Below the pieces are notes generated by a model. That model searched no databases. It was not told where the DNA came from and was given only the letters and a program-made list of their open reading frames with translations. A stretch of 64,000 nucleotides of DNA. Origin: Elusimicrobiota bacterium (GTDB lineage: Bacteria; Elusimicrobiota; Elusimicrobia; Elusimicrobiales; UBA9959). The translations under genes and the position numbers were made by a program. Numbering within the stretch: position 1 is the stretch's first letter; every line of letters begins with the position of its first letter. The stretch spans positions 104,035 through 168,034 of the forward strand of contig WOVA01000001.1 in NCBI GenBank assembly GCA_009773155.1, written 5' to 3'. Below, piece by piece: positions 25,872 through 37,106 of this stretch.

Positions 25872-27761
25872 TCAGTAGAGCGTCGTCAGGGTCTCGGAGA
25901 TGCCTTTGCGTATCTCGAACCAGAAGTCGATAGCGGCGCCGCGGCGGTCGGCCTCGAAGGCTTTTATCCAGCGCTCCAGCTCGGGATTTTTGTCGCCCTC
26001 CACGTCGCGCTTGCGCTTCATAAAGCCCAGCAGGTAGTCGATATTGCGGTCCGACTCCCAGAACACGGCGACATTGCGGCTGTTGATGCGGCCGGCCGTG
26101 GCCTTTATTACCTCCAGGAACCGCGCCGAGTCGCCCCAGATGTGCTGGACTATATCGGGAGCCATCTCCTCGGCCCAGCCGCGGTGGAAGCGGCAGAAGC
26201 CCAGGTCGTCCATGATGAGTTCCTGTATCATGCGGCCCGCGTTGAGCCGGCCCAGCTCGCGCGGCGGTACGAAGTCGAAGCCGTAGTACATGTAATACTT
26301 GCCCATGATCGCCATCGGGCTCAGGGCGCCGGCGTTCCAGTACTGGTTGGGCACCATCCAGCCGTTGCGCGCGTTGGCCAGGAAGACGAAGCGGCGGCCT
26401 ATCTCAGCGCCGCGCGAGCGCGACAGCCGGCGGGCCAGCTTGCGCGCGCCGAGGGAGAGGTCCAGCACGCCGCGCGAGGCCAGTATCGAATCTATCAGTT
26501 CCATCCCCAGTTCCGCGTTATGCGCGGAGTCGGCGACGGCGTCGAACCTCTCCGCGTCCCAGCGCGGCAGGCTCTTCACGCCCAGGTCCTCCGGCCTGAG
26601 CAGGCCCTCGTGCAGGCATTCCATCAGCCAGGACAATACGCCGCCGGCGGAGATGGCGTCGAAGCCGGCCGCGTCGGCGCGGCGGTTGAGCTTTTCGGCC
26701 GCGCGCTGGTCGAAGACGCCGCAGAGCGGACCCATGGTCTGGTAGGGCTCGTAGTCCTTCTTGAACTCGCCGTTGAGCTTCTTGCAGACGGCCGGACAGG
26801 GCTCGCCGCAGGTGCGCTGCTGCTTTTTGGCGATGGTCTCCTCGTTGAACTGCTTCAGGTAATGGTCGGTCACCAGCCGCTTGTTGAGCGCGGTCCGGGC
26901 CGGCTCGTCCCAAAGCACGCTGCGGTAATTGAAGGCCATCAGCCGGCCGCCCAGCGTGGAATAGTTCACGCCGAAGGTGCCGCCGGTGCCGAACTTGGGG
27001 TCGAAGCGGTACTTGGTGGTGGCTTCGAAATCCTTGGCCGCCAGTTTCTTCTCGTAGCGCTGGCGGAACCACTCGTCCGCGACGGCGCGGTCGCGGAAAT
27101 CGTCGTCGAGGCAGGTGCCGCCGTAGATGACGGCGCAGATATTGTGCTCGCGGTAGAGCTTGCTGCCGAAGCCGCCGCGGCCGGCCCAGCAGTCGGCGTG
27201 GGTCGTTTTGCCGTCCTGGTACGGGGCCGAGGCGATGGCGCCGAAATCGGTGGCGGCCGCGGCCGGGCCGACTGCCAGCACGCGCGGGGTCTGTTTGAAC
27301 TCGCGCGCCCAGCGGCCGAAAACATGGTCCATCATCGCGTAGACGCCGCCGGGGGCGGACGCCCAGATCTTATTCGGATCGACCGGCGCCAGTTCCACCT
27401 GCACTTCCTCGCCGTGGTCGCGGTTGAGCACCAGCACCGAGGGCGACGGCGCGCGGCCGCGCAGCGAGACCATGTTGACGCCCAGGTCGTCGAAGATAAG
27501 CCCGGCGCCGCCCATCGCGGAGACGTAGAAGCCGCCCCAGCAGGGCGAGTGGCCGGTGAAGATGAGCCGGTTGGAGCCGGGGAAGATGGAGCCGGCCAGC
27601 AGGCCGGTGCCGAAATTGAGGACGCCGTGGCGCCCGGCCTCGCGGCCGGTCAGGTGCAGGCCCAGGTCCACCGGGCCCCAGAAAGGCCCTACCGGGAAAC
27701 GCTCCACGCGGTAGAACGCGGTCCCCGCGTCGACGTGAAGAACCTTGATTATCTTTTCCAT
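25872..27761 (-). CDS. Aldehyde:ferredoxin oxidoreductase family (tungsten/molybdopterin) enzyme
   Basis: 629 aa. AOR N-terminal domain pattern (KVLHVDAGTAFYRVERFPV...GPVDLGLHL), and internal Cys motif CGEPCPAVC for the 4Fe-4S cluster. Confidence 0.85.
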   Translation of the reverse strand: MEKIIKVLHVDAGTAFYRVERFPVGPFWGPVDLGLHLTGREAGRHGVLNFGTGLLAGSIFPGSNRLIFTGHSPCWGGFYVSAMGGAGLIFDDLGVNMVSLRGRAPSPSVLVLNRDHGEEVQVELAPVDPNKIWASAPGGVYAMMDHVFGRWAREFKQTPRVLAVGPAAAATDFGAIASAPYQDGKTTHADCWAGRGGFGSKLYREHNICAVIYGGTCLDDDFRDRAVADEWFRQRYEKKLAAKDFEATTKYRFDPKFGTGGTFGVNYSTLGGRLMAFNYRSVLWDEPARTALNKRLVTDHYLKQFNEETIAKKQQRTCGEPCPAVCKKLNGEFKKDYEPYQTMGPLCGVFDQRAAEKLNRRADAAGFDAISAGGVLSWLMECLHEGLLRPEDLGVKSLPRWDAERFDAVADSAHNAELGMELIDSILASRGVLDLSLGARKLARRLSRSRGAEIGRRFVFLANARNGWMVPNQYWNAGALSPMAIMGKYYMYYGFDFVPPRELGRLNAGRMIQELIMDDLGFCRFHRGWAEEMAPDIVQHIWGDSARFLEVIKATAGRINSRNVAVFWESDRNIDYLLGFMKRKRDVEGDKNPELERWIKAFEADRRGAAIDFWFEIRKGISETLTTLY

Positions 27762-27762
27762 G

Positions 27763-27956
27763 CTATCCCCCTTCCCGCATCTCCCTGGCCTCCAGCCTGG
27801 CGCCGTCGCCGGGTCTGAGCTTGCGGTAATCAGCCGGCGGGACGAAAACCCCGTCCAGCGTCACCACCGTCAGCGCCGGGGCCAGCCCGGCCGCCTTCAG
27901 TATCTCCCGCACCGTGGCGCCCCCGCGGGCGGCCGCGGGACGGCCGTTGAGATAGA

Positions 27957-27960
<4 letters not shown>
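27763..27960 (-). CDS. ThiS/MoaD-family small sulfur-carrier-like protein
   Basis: 65 aa ending in Gly-Gly (..MREGG), with a beta-grasp-like pattern. 1-nt gap to the AOR gene and 4-nt overlap with ettA. Confidence 0.6.
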
Positions 27961-29648
<1,688 letters not shown>

Positions 29649-29741
29649 GCTAACGTCCTTTTTCCGGGAAAATGTCCCTATAGTATACCTAAATCGGCCC
29701 GCGGCTTCAGTCAGGCGCGGCTTGAGCCGGGGCGGCGGAGT

Positions 29742-30782
29742 TCAGAAGCCCATTTCGCGGGCGGCCTGCTGACGACGGTCGGGGTCCAGGAAAGAACCTT
29801 CCACCGCGCAGCGGCGGCAATAGTCGAGGTCGTCTTTAGACAGGCCCAGCGGGCCCAGCGCCAGGGCGTACTCGCGGTTGAGGTCGGTGTCGAGTATCTC
29901 GGGGTCGTCGGCGCTTATCGAGCATTTGAGCCCGGCGTCCAGGAATTTTTTGAGCGGGTGAGCCTGCGGCGTCTCTACCGCGCGCGTCAGGTAATTGCTC
30001 CAGGGATTGGTCTCGACGGTGACCCCGGCCAGCCGTATCATCTCCATCGCGCGGCCGGTGCGGTCCTCGGCGGCTTTTACGCCGTGGCCTATGCGGCGGG
30101 GACCCAGCAGGTCCAGGGTGTCTATGACCTGCGAGTATTCCCCCTCCTCGCCGCTGTGGACGGTGAGCGGGACGCCCGCGTCGCGCAGCTTAGCCGCCAG
30201 CGGGGCGCAGAGCCGGGCGGGAAAAGCCTTCTCCCCCTCGGCCAGGTCGAACCCGATTATTTTTTTACGGTTCTCTATCGCGAATCCGGCGGTGCGCTCC
30301 GCGGAAGCCGCGCCCAGCCCGCGCGAGGCGATGATTATGACGCCGCCGACGAAAGGATGGGCGGCCTCGTATCTTTTTATGACTGAATTTATTATGTCCA
30401 GCGACTTGCGCCAGTCGAGGTCTTTGCCTCCCAGCATGAAGTCGGGGCTGAAGCGCAGTTCGAGCAGGCGGATATTCTCGCCGCGGAAAGCGGTCTCGAG
30501 CGCCTCCCAGGTTATCTCTTCCACCGCTTCGTAGGAGGCGAAGGCCGCCTGCGCGACGGAGAACATCGCCAGGACTTCGTCCAGCGAGCCCATCGGGCTT
30601 TTGAGTCTGGTGAGTTTTTCGAGTTCCGCCGGATCGGAGGAAGGCAGCTTCGTCCCGTGCCGGGCGGCGAGGCGTATTATCGTCGGCACGGAGACGCAGC
30701 CTTCCAGGTGCCGGTGCAGCTCGGCCTTGGGCAGGGCGCGCTCTTTTTCAGAAGGCGACGGGCGCCTGTAGGGGGCCGGCAC
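29742..30782 (-). CDS. add: Adenosine deaminase
   Basis: LPKAELHRHLEG zinc motif, HAGE-like SGEEG, and C-terminal SISADDP motif. Confidence 0.85.
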   Translation of the reverse strand: MPAPYRRPSPSEKERALPKAELHRHLEGCVSVPTIIRLAARHGTKLPSSDPAELEKLTRLKSPMGSLDEVLAMFSVAQAAFASYEAVEEITWEALETAFRGENIRLLELRFSPDFMLGGKDLDWRKSLDIINSVIKRYEAAHPFVGGVIIIASRGLGAASAERTAGFAIENRKKIIGFDLAEGEKAFPARLCAPLAAKLRDAGVPLTVHSGEEGEYSQVIDTLDLLGPRRIGHGVKAAEDRTGRAMEMIRLAGVTVETNPWSNYLTRAVETPQAHPLKKFLDAGLKCSISADDPEILDTDLNREYALALGPLGLSKDDLDYCRRCAVEGSFLDPDRRQQAAREMGF

Positions 30783-30783
30783 T

Positions 30784-32226
30784 TTATTTCCCCAGTATGG
30801 AATCCAGGCGCTTCTGGGCTTTGGCCGCGAGTTTGTCGTCCCGGTATTTCTCCGTGAGCTTCATGTAGTACTGCCTGGCTATGTCGTAATTCTTGGCTTT
30901 TTCCCAGGTCTCGCCGGCCGCGTACATCGCGCGGGCGGCCTGGCCGTCGCCCTCGTACTCGGCGACGATCTTGTCGTAAAGAGCCGCCTCGGCGGCGGCG
31001 TCCTTTATGTCCTTGCGCGTTATCTCGGCGGCGAGGAACAGCGCCTCGTGCCCTTTCGAGCCGCCGTACTTGTCGGCCAGGCGCGTCAGCACGGACACTG
31101 CCTCGGCGGGCTTCTTCATGCGCTCGCGCAGCACCCGGGCGGCCGACCTGTAAGCCTCGTAGGTCTCCGGCTTGTCCGGGTAGAGAGCTATGATCTTTTC
31201 GTGGGTCTCCACCGCCAGCTCGTATTTCTTCTGCTTCTCGGCCAGGGCGGGCAGCCTGGCGTAGGACTCCCGGGCCTCCGGGGTGCCGGGGAAGGAGGAG
31301 GCGACGTCGAGATAGACGTCTATGGACCGGTCGTGATCCTTCAGGCTGTCGGTGAGAAGCCCGGCGAGCGCCAGCTTGGACCCGGCCATGAGCGGCGCGG
31401 AAGGGTGCATGGCTATGAACTTTTCATAGGCCACCCTGGCCGCGACATACTCCTTTTTGACGGCGTGCATGGCGGCCAGCGAGCGCTGCAGCTCGTCCCG
31501 GCCGGGATAGGAAGGGAACCGTTCGAAGAAAAGGCGGAACTCTTCGACGAGGGGCTCGTAATAGTCGGCCCCGGCCTCAGCCGCCAGGCGGGCGAGCAGC
31601 GTGGCCATCCTGTCTTCCTTGGCCGGCTTGCTGAACGGCCTGGCCAGTTCCAGCAGCAGGGGCCGCAGCTTCTTGTCGGCCCTTTCGTTGACCAGCCCCT
31701 CCAGCAGCGAGGCGGCTTTTTGGGAGGCACCGGAGCCCGGATAGAGCTGGAGCTGCCTGAGCAGGTCCACAGTGGCCTCCGGGTAATCCTTGAGGCGCAG
31801 CCTCATCTCCGCCTTCAGCAGCTGGGCCTCGGCGGCCGTCGAATCCAGCGGCCCGGAGTCCAGCCACCCCGAGATCTGCGTCATGACTATGCTGGTTATC
31901 TCCCTGTCCTGATCGGCGGAAGCGGCCTTGAGGAAGGCCCATTCCGCCTCGCGCGCGGAAAGTCGGGCGGCGGGAGAGACGACCTCGTCGGAGGGGGAGG
32001 GGTCTATGACTACGGCCCGCGGCTCGGGTTCGCTCGCCGGCTTTTCGGGCCCGGCCGCGGAGGGAGCGTCAGCGGCAGGCGGCGGGGCCTCTTCCTTTCC
32101 GGCGAAGCCGGGCAGCGCCGAAATATCCGGTTTGCCGGCCTGCGACGGCTCTTCCGGCTCCTGTGCCGCGGCGGGAACGGCTAACGCGGCGGACAGCACG
32201 AGAGCGACAAAAAAGGTTTTCCTCAT
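30784..32226 (-). CDS. Secreted TPR-repeat protein (YbgF/Tol-Pal-associated-like)
   Basis: Trimmed to MRKTFFVALVLSAALAVPAAAQ (signal peptide). Pro/Ala-rich linker, then repeated TPR-like helices. Confidence 0.7.
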   Translation of the reverse strand: MRKTFFVALVLSAALAVPAAAQEPEEPSQAGKPDISALPGFAGKEEAPPPAADAPSAAGPEKPASEPEPRAVVIDPSPSDEVVSPAARLSAREAEWAFLKAASADQDREITSIVMTQISGWLDSGPLDSTAAEAQLLKAEMRLRLKDYPEATVDLLRQLQLYPGSGASQKAASLLEGLVNERADKKLRPLLLELARPFSKPAKEDRMATLLARLAAEAGADYYEPLVEEFRLFFERFPSYPGRDELQRSLAAMHAVKKEYVAARVAYEKFIAMHPSAPLMAGSKLALAGLLTDSLKDHDRSIDVYLDVASSFPGTPEARESYARLPALAEKQKKYELAVETHEKIIALYPDKPETYEAYRSAARVLRERMKKPAEAVSVLTRLADKYGGSKGHEALFLAAEITRKDIKDAAAEAALYDKIVAEYEGDGQAARAMYAAGETWEKAKNYDIARQYYMKLTEKYRDDKLAAKAQKRLDSILGK

Positions 32227-32240
32227 CTTTCCTCCGTTGT

Positions 32241-32846
32241 TCAGGCGGCCAGGAACTTCTTCAGGCCGGTCATTATCATCTGGACCGAAATAGTTATAAG
32301 GATCATGCCCATCAGCTTTTCCATGGCCAGCAGGCCGCGCTCGCCCAGCAGGCGCGAGAGCGGCCCCGCCAGGCCGCCCAGGATAACGGCGTTGATCAGC
32401 CAGGCGGCCCCGACCACGCCGAACCACGTGCCCAGGCGCCCCGGCTCCTGCAGCGAAAAGAGCAGGACCATCGTAAGCACCGACGGCCCGGCCACCAGCG
32501 GTATCGCCAGCGGCACGATGAACGGCTCGCCGCCGGGATTGTCGGCGAAATGGGAATCCCCTCTGGGGAAGATCATCTGCAGGGCGATGAGGAACAGGAC
32601 TATGCCGCCGGCCACCGACATAGCGGTCAGGTCTATCGCCAGGAAAGAGACGATGTACTTGCCGAAGAGGAGGAAGAATACCATCAGGCCCAGGGCGATG
32701 AACAGTTCCCGGATGATGACCGGCCGGCGGCGAGGCTCCGGCACCGATTTCAGCGCGGACATGAACATGGGGATATTGCCCAGCGGGTCCATGACCAGCG
32801 CGAGCGTGAATACCGCCGAAGCGAAGGGGAGGATGTCCATGTTCAA
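32241..32846 (-). CDS. MarC-family (UPF0056) integral membrane protein
   Basis: MDPLGNIPMF N-terminal motif and six hydrophobic segments. 201 aa. Confidence 0.8.
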   Translation of the reverse strand: MNMDILPFASAVFTLALVMDPLGNIPMFMSALKSVPEPRRRPVIIRELFIALGLMVFFLLFGKYIVSFLAIDLTAMSVAGGIVLFLIALQMIFPRGDSHFADNPGGEPFIVPLAIPLVAGPSVLTMVLLFSLQEPGRLGTWFGVVGAAWLINAVILGGLAGPLSRLLGERGLLAMEKLMGMILITISVQMIMTGLKKFLAA

Positions 32847-32875
32847 ATTCTAGCAAAAGCGGGCGCGAAGGTAAT

Positions 32876-32983
32876 TCAGCCGGCGTCCGGGGCGCCGCCG
32901 GGCTTCTTCGGCGTACCGGCCTCCGCTGCCGCGACAACGATAGATATCACGAGCGACAGCGCGATATTATTCCCCGTCAGCAC
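32876..32983 (-). CDS. Possible 35-aa small membrane protein (unannotated in the ORF track)
   Basis: GTG at 32983 is preceded by GGGAGGA with 5-nt spacing. Reads (M)LTGNNIALSLVISIVVAAAEAGTPKKPGGAPDAG*: one TM helix plus a basic tail. Confidence 0.3.
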   Translation of the reverse strand: MLTGNNIALSLVISIVVAAAEAGTPKKPGGAPDAG

Positions 32984-33056
32984 AGCGTCCTCCCGGCAAA
33001 TCCCGCGATATTGTGTTTATGATATTATATTGAGACCGAGGAAGGGGAGGCAGGAT

Positions 33057-33821
33057 ATGAAAAAAACGGCTTTACTCGTGACCATTTCGGCGGTGCTGGC
33101 GGGCTGCGGCCGGGACCCGGAACAGCCCGGACTTCGGACGCGCTACGAACGCGGCAGGACGGACAATTTCAGCGCCGCGGAGCTGCGCCTGGAGAAGGCG
33201 TTAAAGGACGCCGCGCGCCTGCCGGCCGCGGCCGACTTCGCCAGCGGGATGTTCGCCTCGGCCTATATCATCCCCGAGGAGCATCCCGGCATCGGCTTCA
33301 CCGTGCGCCAGAAGGACGGCGCCGTGGAAGTGGAGCGCGGCCTGGACACGGCCGTGGAACCGACGCTGGTCATCCCTCTCAGCGACGAGGGGATAATGAA
33401 CGCCTACTCCTTCTTCAAGGACGGGAAACTCGACGAAACCGAGGAATTCCTGGTGGCCAACGCGCTCTTCAAGCCCGGCTGGGAGGCCTCTTACCGCATC
33501 CCGGAGCTGCGCAGCCGGCTGGTGAGCCGGTACATGAAGCTCGACGGGCTGCTGCACGCGGTACTGCTCAATCCCGGCGGCGTCAGGTTCAAGGGCCGGC
33601 CGGTGAAGAACGAGCTCTCCGTGGCCAGGGTCAGCGGGCAGTGGGTGATCTTCAGCGGCCTCGAGGGAACGCCGGACGCGCGCATGGAGCTCTCCCCGAA
33701 GGACGCCATGGAGATGTACGCGCTCATCATGCGCGACCTGCCGCGGGCGGAGACCTTCGGCCAGAAGCGCGAGGTGATGCGCAAGTTCTCGGAAGTCCGC
33801 GCGCGCTGCCTGAAGAACTGA
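33057..33821 (+). CDS. Lipoprotein of unknown function
   Basis: MKKTALLVTISAVLAGC lipobox, with GGGGAGG upstream of ATG 33057. The upstream 894 nt of the track ORF is spurious. Confidence 0.65.
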   Translation: MKKTALLVTISAVLAGCGRDPEQPGLRTRYERGRTDNFSAAELRLEKALKDAARLPAAADFASGMFASAYIIPEEHPGIGFTVRQKDGAVEVERGLDTAVEPTLVIPLSDEGIMNAYSFFKDGKLDETEEFLVANALFKPGWEASYRIPELRSRLVSRYMKLDGLLHAVLLNPGGVRFKGRPVKNELSVARVSGQWVIFSGLEGTPDARMELSPKDAMEMYALIMRDLPRAETFGQKREVMRKFSEVRARCLKN

Positions 33822-33841
33822 CCGGTCCGCGCCCCCCCGCC

Positions 33842-34675
33842 ATGCCGTTGTACGTCATACTGGGCAAGATTTTCTCCATCCTGTCGGGGATCTTCATCAT
33901 CTCCGCCTACGCCCTCGGCTCGCCGTCCGCCCTGCTGGCCGGCCCGCAGCTGGCCGTCTTTCTCAAGGGCGGCTCCTCGCTGTTCTTCATACTCTGCGGC
34001 GGCTACCTGATGAACGACCACCTCGACCGCGGCTACGACGAGGTCAACAGGCCCGGTGCCGGGTTCGCGGCGCGTCTGCCGCGCGGCCCGGCGGCCGCGG
34101 CCGCCGCGGCCCTGCTGGCGGCGGGCGCGGGAGCCTCCTTCCTGGTCAGCGCCTGGTTCGCGGCCGTGGCGCTGCCTCTCACCGCGGCGCTGGTCCTCTA
34201 CAACCTCTACTCCAAGCGCCTGGGCGTTTTCAAGGAGGCCGCCATCTCGCTGATAGTGGCCTCCATCTACCCGCTGTCGCTGGCGCTTACCTCGGGAGGA
34301 GCCTCTTCGCCGCGGCGCGACAGCCTTTATATCTTCCCTTTCTGGTTCTTCCTCGAGATCATGGCCTACGAGATCATGCGCGACGTGATAGACCTGCCGG
34401 GCGACAGGGCCGGCGGAGGCAGCACGCTGCCCATGAAGACCGGGCCGGCGCGCGCGCGGCGGCTGGCGGCGGGCCTGGCGCTGGCCGGGGTCCCCGTATC
34501 GCTGCTGCCTTACCTGCTGGGCATGTGCGGGCCGGTATACCTGGCCGGGGCCCTGGCCGCCGCGGCCTGCCTGCTCGCCGGCCTGCGGGCCCGCGACGCC
34601 GTCTTCTCGAAACTCATCTTCGCCAATATCCTGCTGGTGGCCTTCGCGTCTCTGGCCGACCTTTACAAGGGCTGA
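33842..34675 (+). CDS. UbiA-superfamily prenyltransferase
   Basis: 277 aa and polytopic. First Asp-rich motif NDHLDRGYDEVN, second motif DVIDLPGDRAGGGSTLP. Confidence 0.8.
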   Translation: MPLYVILGKIFSILSGIFIISAYALGSPSALLAGPQLAVFLKGGSSLFFILCGGYLMNDHLDRGYDEVNRPGAGFAARLPRGPAAAAAAALLAAGAGASFLVSAWFAAVALPLTAALVLYNLYSKRLGVFKEAAISLIVASIYPLSLALTSGGASSPRRDSLYIFPFWFFLEIMAYEIMRDVIDLPGDRAGGGSTLPMKTGPARARRLAAGLALAGVPVSLLPYLLGMCGPVYLAGALAAAACLLAGLRARDAVFSKLIFANILLVAFASLADLYKG

Positions 34676-34679
34676 AACC

Positions 34680-35900
34680 ATGGCGGCCAAGCGCTATACC
34701 GGTCTGATGAAATACCTGAAGCTGGGCGCCGCCGCCCTCGACGGCGGGCTGGCCTCCCTGCCGCCCGGCTTCCTCTGGTTCATGGCGAGGCAGATGCGCT
34801 TCGAGAAGGCGACGGAACTCGGCGGCAGGCTCTTCATCAACACGACCTATACCCCGCTGCGGAGCCGGGCTTTCCGCTCGGCGCTGGGCTACTTCTCGAA
34901 CTCCTCACGGAAGAAGACCAGCCCTTTTTCCGTGTATTTCGCCCTGACCAACAGGTGCCATCTGAAATGCTGGTACTGCAGCAACCCGGGCAGCGGCCGG
35001 GAGGACCTGCCCTTTGATACGCTGGCCCGGGCCATTGGACAGGCTCAGGACCTGGGCGCGGCCTGCATAGGCTTTACGGGCGGAGAGCCGCTGCTGAGGG
35101 CCGACCTGGAGAGCCTGGTCTCCGGTGTGGACGACCGGTCCTATACGCTGCTCTTCACCTCCGGCCACGGGCTCGACGCCGCCCGCGCCGCCTCGCTTAA
35201 GAAGGCGGGGCTGACGGCCGTGGTGGTCAGCCTCGACAGCCATATCCCCGAAGAACACAACGCCAACAGGACCTCCGCCTCGGCCCACGCCGAGGCAGTG
35301 GCGGCGCTGAAGAGCTCGATCGCCGCCGGGCTATATACCGCTATTTCGATGGTTATCACCAAGGACATTCTCTACTCGGGCAGGATATACGACTTTATAA
35401 AGTTCGCCGGCGGGCTCGGCGTGCACGAGATACGCATCCTCAGGCCCAAGCCCTGCGGCAAGGTCATAAAGGGAAACTTCGAGCTGCTCGAGGAGAGGGA
35501 TGTGGCCAGGTTCGTGGATCTGCAGTACGAGATCAACCGCGACCCGGACCTGCCCGTCATCATGTCGCTGCCTCATATCGGCACGATAAACAACTTCGGC
35601 TGCAGCGCCGGCAGAACGCACGTCTACGTGAGCGCCGACGGCGACGTCTGCCCCTGCGATTTCGTCCCCATAGGCTTCGGCAACATCTCCTCCGAGCCTT
35701 TTGCCGGCATCTACGCCAGGATGCTGGAGAGCTTCCCCTCTCCCGCGCACGGCTGCGTAAGCCAGCTGGTCTACCGCGAGATAGACTCCATCTCCGGCGG
35801 CACGCTGCCGCTGAAGGACCCGTCGGCCATAGCGAATGTAATGGCGTCCATGGGGCGGCGCCCGGTGCCGAAACTTTACCGCAAGCTGGGCTGGGACTAG
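34680..35900 (+). CDS. Radical SAM enzyme with C-terminal auxiliary Cys motif (SPASM/twitch-like)
   Basis: CHLKCWYC (CX3CX2C), GGEPLL, and C-terminal CSAG...DGDVCPCDF. Confidence 0.85.
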   Translation: MAAKRYTGLMKYLKLGAAALDGGLASLPPGFLWFMARQMRFEKATELGGRLFINTTYTPLRSRAFRSALGYFSNSSRKKTSPFSVYFALTNRCHLKCWYCSNPGSGREDLPFDTLARAIGQAQDLGAACIGFTGGEPLLRADLESLVSGVDDRSYTLLFTSGHGLDAARAASLKKAGLTAVVVSLDSHIPEEHNANRTSASAHAEAVAALKSSIAAGLYTAISMVITKDILYSGRIYDFIKFAGGLGVHEIRILRPKPCGKVIKGNFELLEERDVARFVDLQYEINRDPDLPVIMSLPHIGTINNFGCSAGRTHVYVSADGDVCPCDFVPIGFGNISSEPFAGIYARMLESFPSPAHGCVSQLVYREIDSISGGTLPLKDPSAIANVMASMGRRPVPKLYRKLGWD

Positions 35901-35903
35901 ACC

Positions 35904-37106
35904 ATGGAAAGGCGGCTCATCAGGAAGACGCGCGGGCTCTGCCCCTCCTGCCTCGCGGAAACGGACGCTGAGCTCTACTCCGAAGGCGGCCGCGCCTTAA
36001 TAGAGAAGACCTGTCCCGTCCACGGCCGCTCCCAGGACGTGGCCGACCCCGACGCGGAACTTTACCTGCGCTGCGCCTCCGGCCGCGCCAACCGCCCGTC
36101 GCGCTACGGCCTGGTGATACCGGTCAGCTACGCCTGCGACCTCTCCTGCCGCTGGTGCTACCTGCCCGAGCGGGGCCGCGAATTCGCCGTGGACAGCATA
36201 AAAGCGATGATAGCCTCCTCGCCGGCGCGGCACATCGTCTTCTCCGGCGGAGAACCCTGCCTGCGCCGCGAGCTGCCGGAGCTGATAACCCATGTCCGGC
36301 GCGCCCACCCGGAGAAGCGTTCGGTGCTGCTCACCAACGGCCTGCGCCTGGCCGACCCCTCCTTCGCCGCGCTGCTCAAGGAAAGCGGCCTGGACTACTG
36401 CATCCTGTCGCTCAACGGTTTCAGGCCCGCCACCCACGAGTTCTTCAACGGGCGGGACCTCTCCGCCGAGAAAGCGGCGGCCCTGCGCAACCTCAAACGA
36501 CTTGAAATAAAGACCATACTCTCCATGACGCTGGCCCGCGGCGTCAACGAGGACGAACTGGCCGCGGTGGTCCGCTTCGGGCTCGGGAACATGGACTTCG
36601 TGCGGCAGCTGCGGCTGCGCAACGTTTCCGATATCGGCGTCCACAGCCCGCGGGAGCGCATCTACATGAGCGACATGCTGCGGCTGGCGTCGTCGGCCAC
36701 CGGCTTCACGCTGGAAGAGATGTTCGGCGAGAACGCCGTCTCCAACCGCCGCGGCGCCACCGTGAACTATTTCGTGATGAACGTGTTCAACCTCCTGCGC
36801 CGGCGCGCCAGGACGGCGGCCGCGCCGGGGCCGGCCTTCTGGCTGGCGGCGGCCTCCCGCGCCGGCCTGGCCGGCGCGCTGCGCATGGCGCTGGAGCCGG
36901 AGCTGCCGCCGGAGGAGCGCACCACTTTCAACCTTGAGATCTTCTCCTGGCCCACCGCCGGCGGCGCGGACCTTGAGGAGATACGCAAGTTCCCGATAGG
37001 CCATGTCAGCAATAAAGGCGAGGCGCTGCCGTTCTGGGAGGCTCTGTTCAGCAACGACAGGGAACGCCTGAGAGCCGCGAAAGACGGGAGACCCTCTATC
37101 CCATGA
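35904..37106 (+). CDS. Radical SAM enzyme with N-terminal zinc-ribbon (COG1964-type, MJ0619/Tes-like architecture)
   Basis: N-terminal CPSC...(20 aa)...CPVHG ribbon, then CDLSCRWC (CX3CX2C) and GGEPCL. Confidence 0.8.
   Translation: MERRLIRKTRGLCPSCLAETDAELYSEGGRALIEKTCPVHGRSQDVADPDAELYLRCASGRANRPSRYGLVIPVSYACDLSCRWCYLPERGREFAVDSIKAMIASSPARHIVFSGGEPCLRRELPELITHVRRAHPEKRSVLLTNGLRLADPSFAALLKESGLDYCILSLNGFRPATHEFFNGRDLSAEKAAALRNLKRLEIKTILSMTLARGVNEDELAAVVRFGLGNMDFVRQLRLRNVSDIGVHSPRERIYMSDMLRLASSATGFTLEEMFGENAVSNRRGATVNYFVMNVFNLLRRRARTAAAPGPAFWLAAASRAGLAGALRMALEPELPPEERTTFNLEIFSWPTAGGADLEEIRKFPIGHVSNKGEALPFWEALFSNDRERLRAAKDGRPSIP

Noticed and set aside
32227-32937. N-terminal 237-aa extension of the TPR protein ORF (717-aa version)
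   Set aside because: The extension is Arg/Pro/Gly-rich and overlaps the MarC-family gene in another frame. An internal Met gives a textbook signal peptide (MRKTFFVALVLSAALAVPAAA). The gene was trimmed to 30784-32226.
32163-33056. 5' extension of the lipoprotein ORF (552-aa version)
   Set aside because: The extension runs antisense through the marC-family gene and the intergenic region. A lipobox signal peptide with a strong SD begins at 33057.
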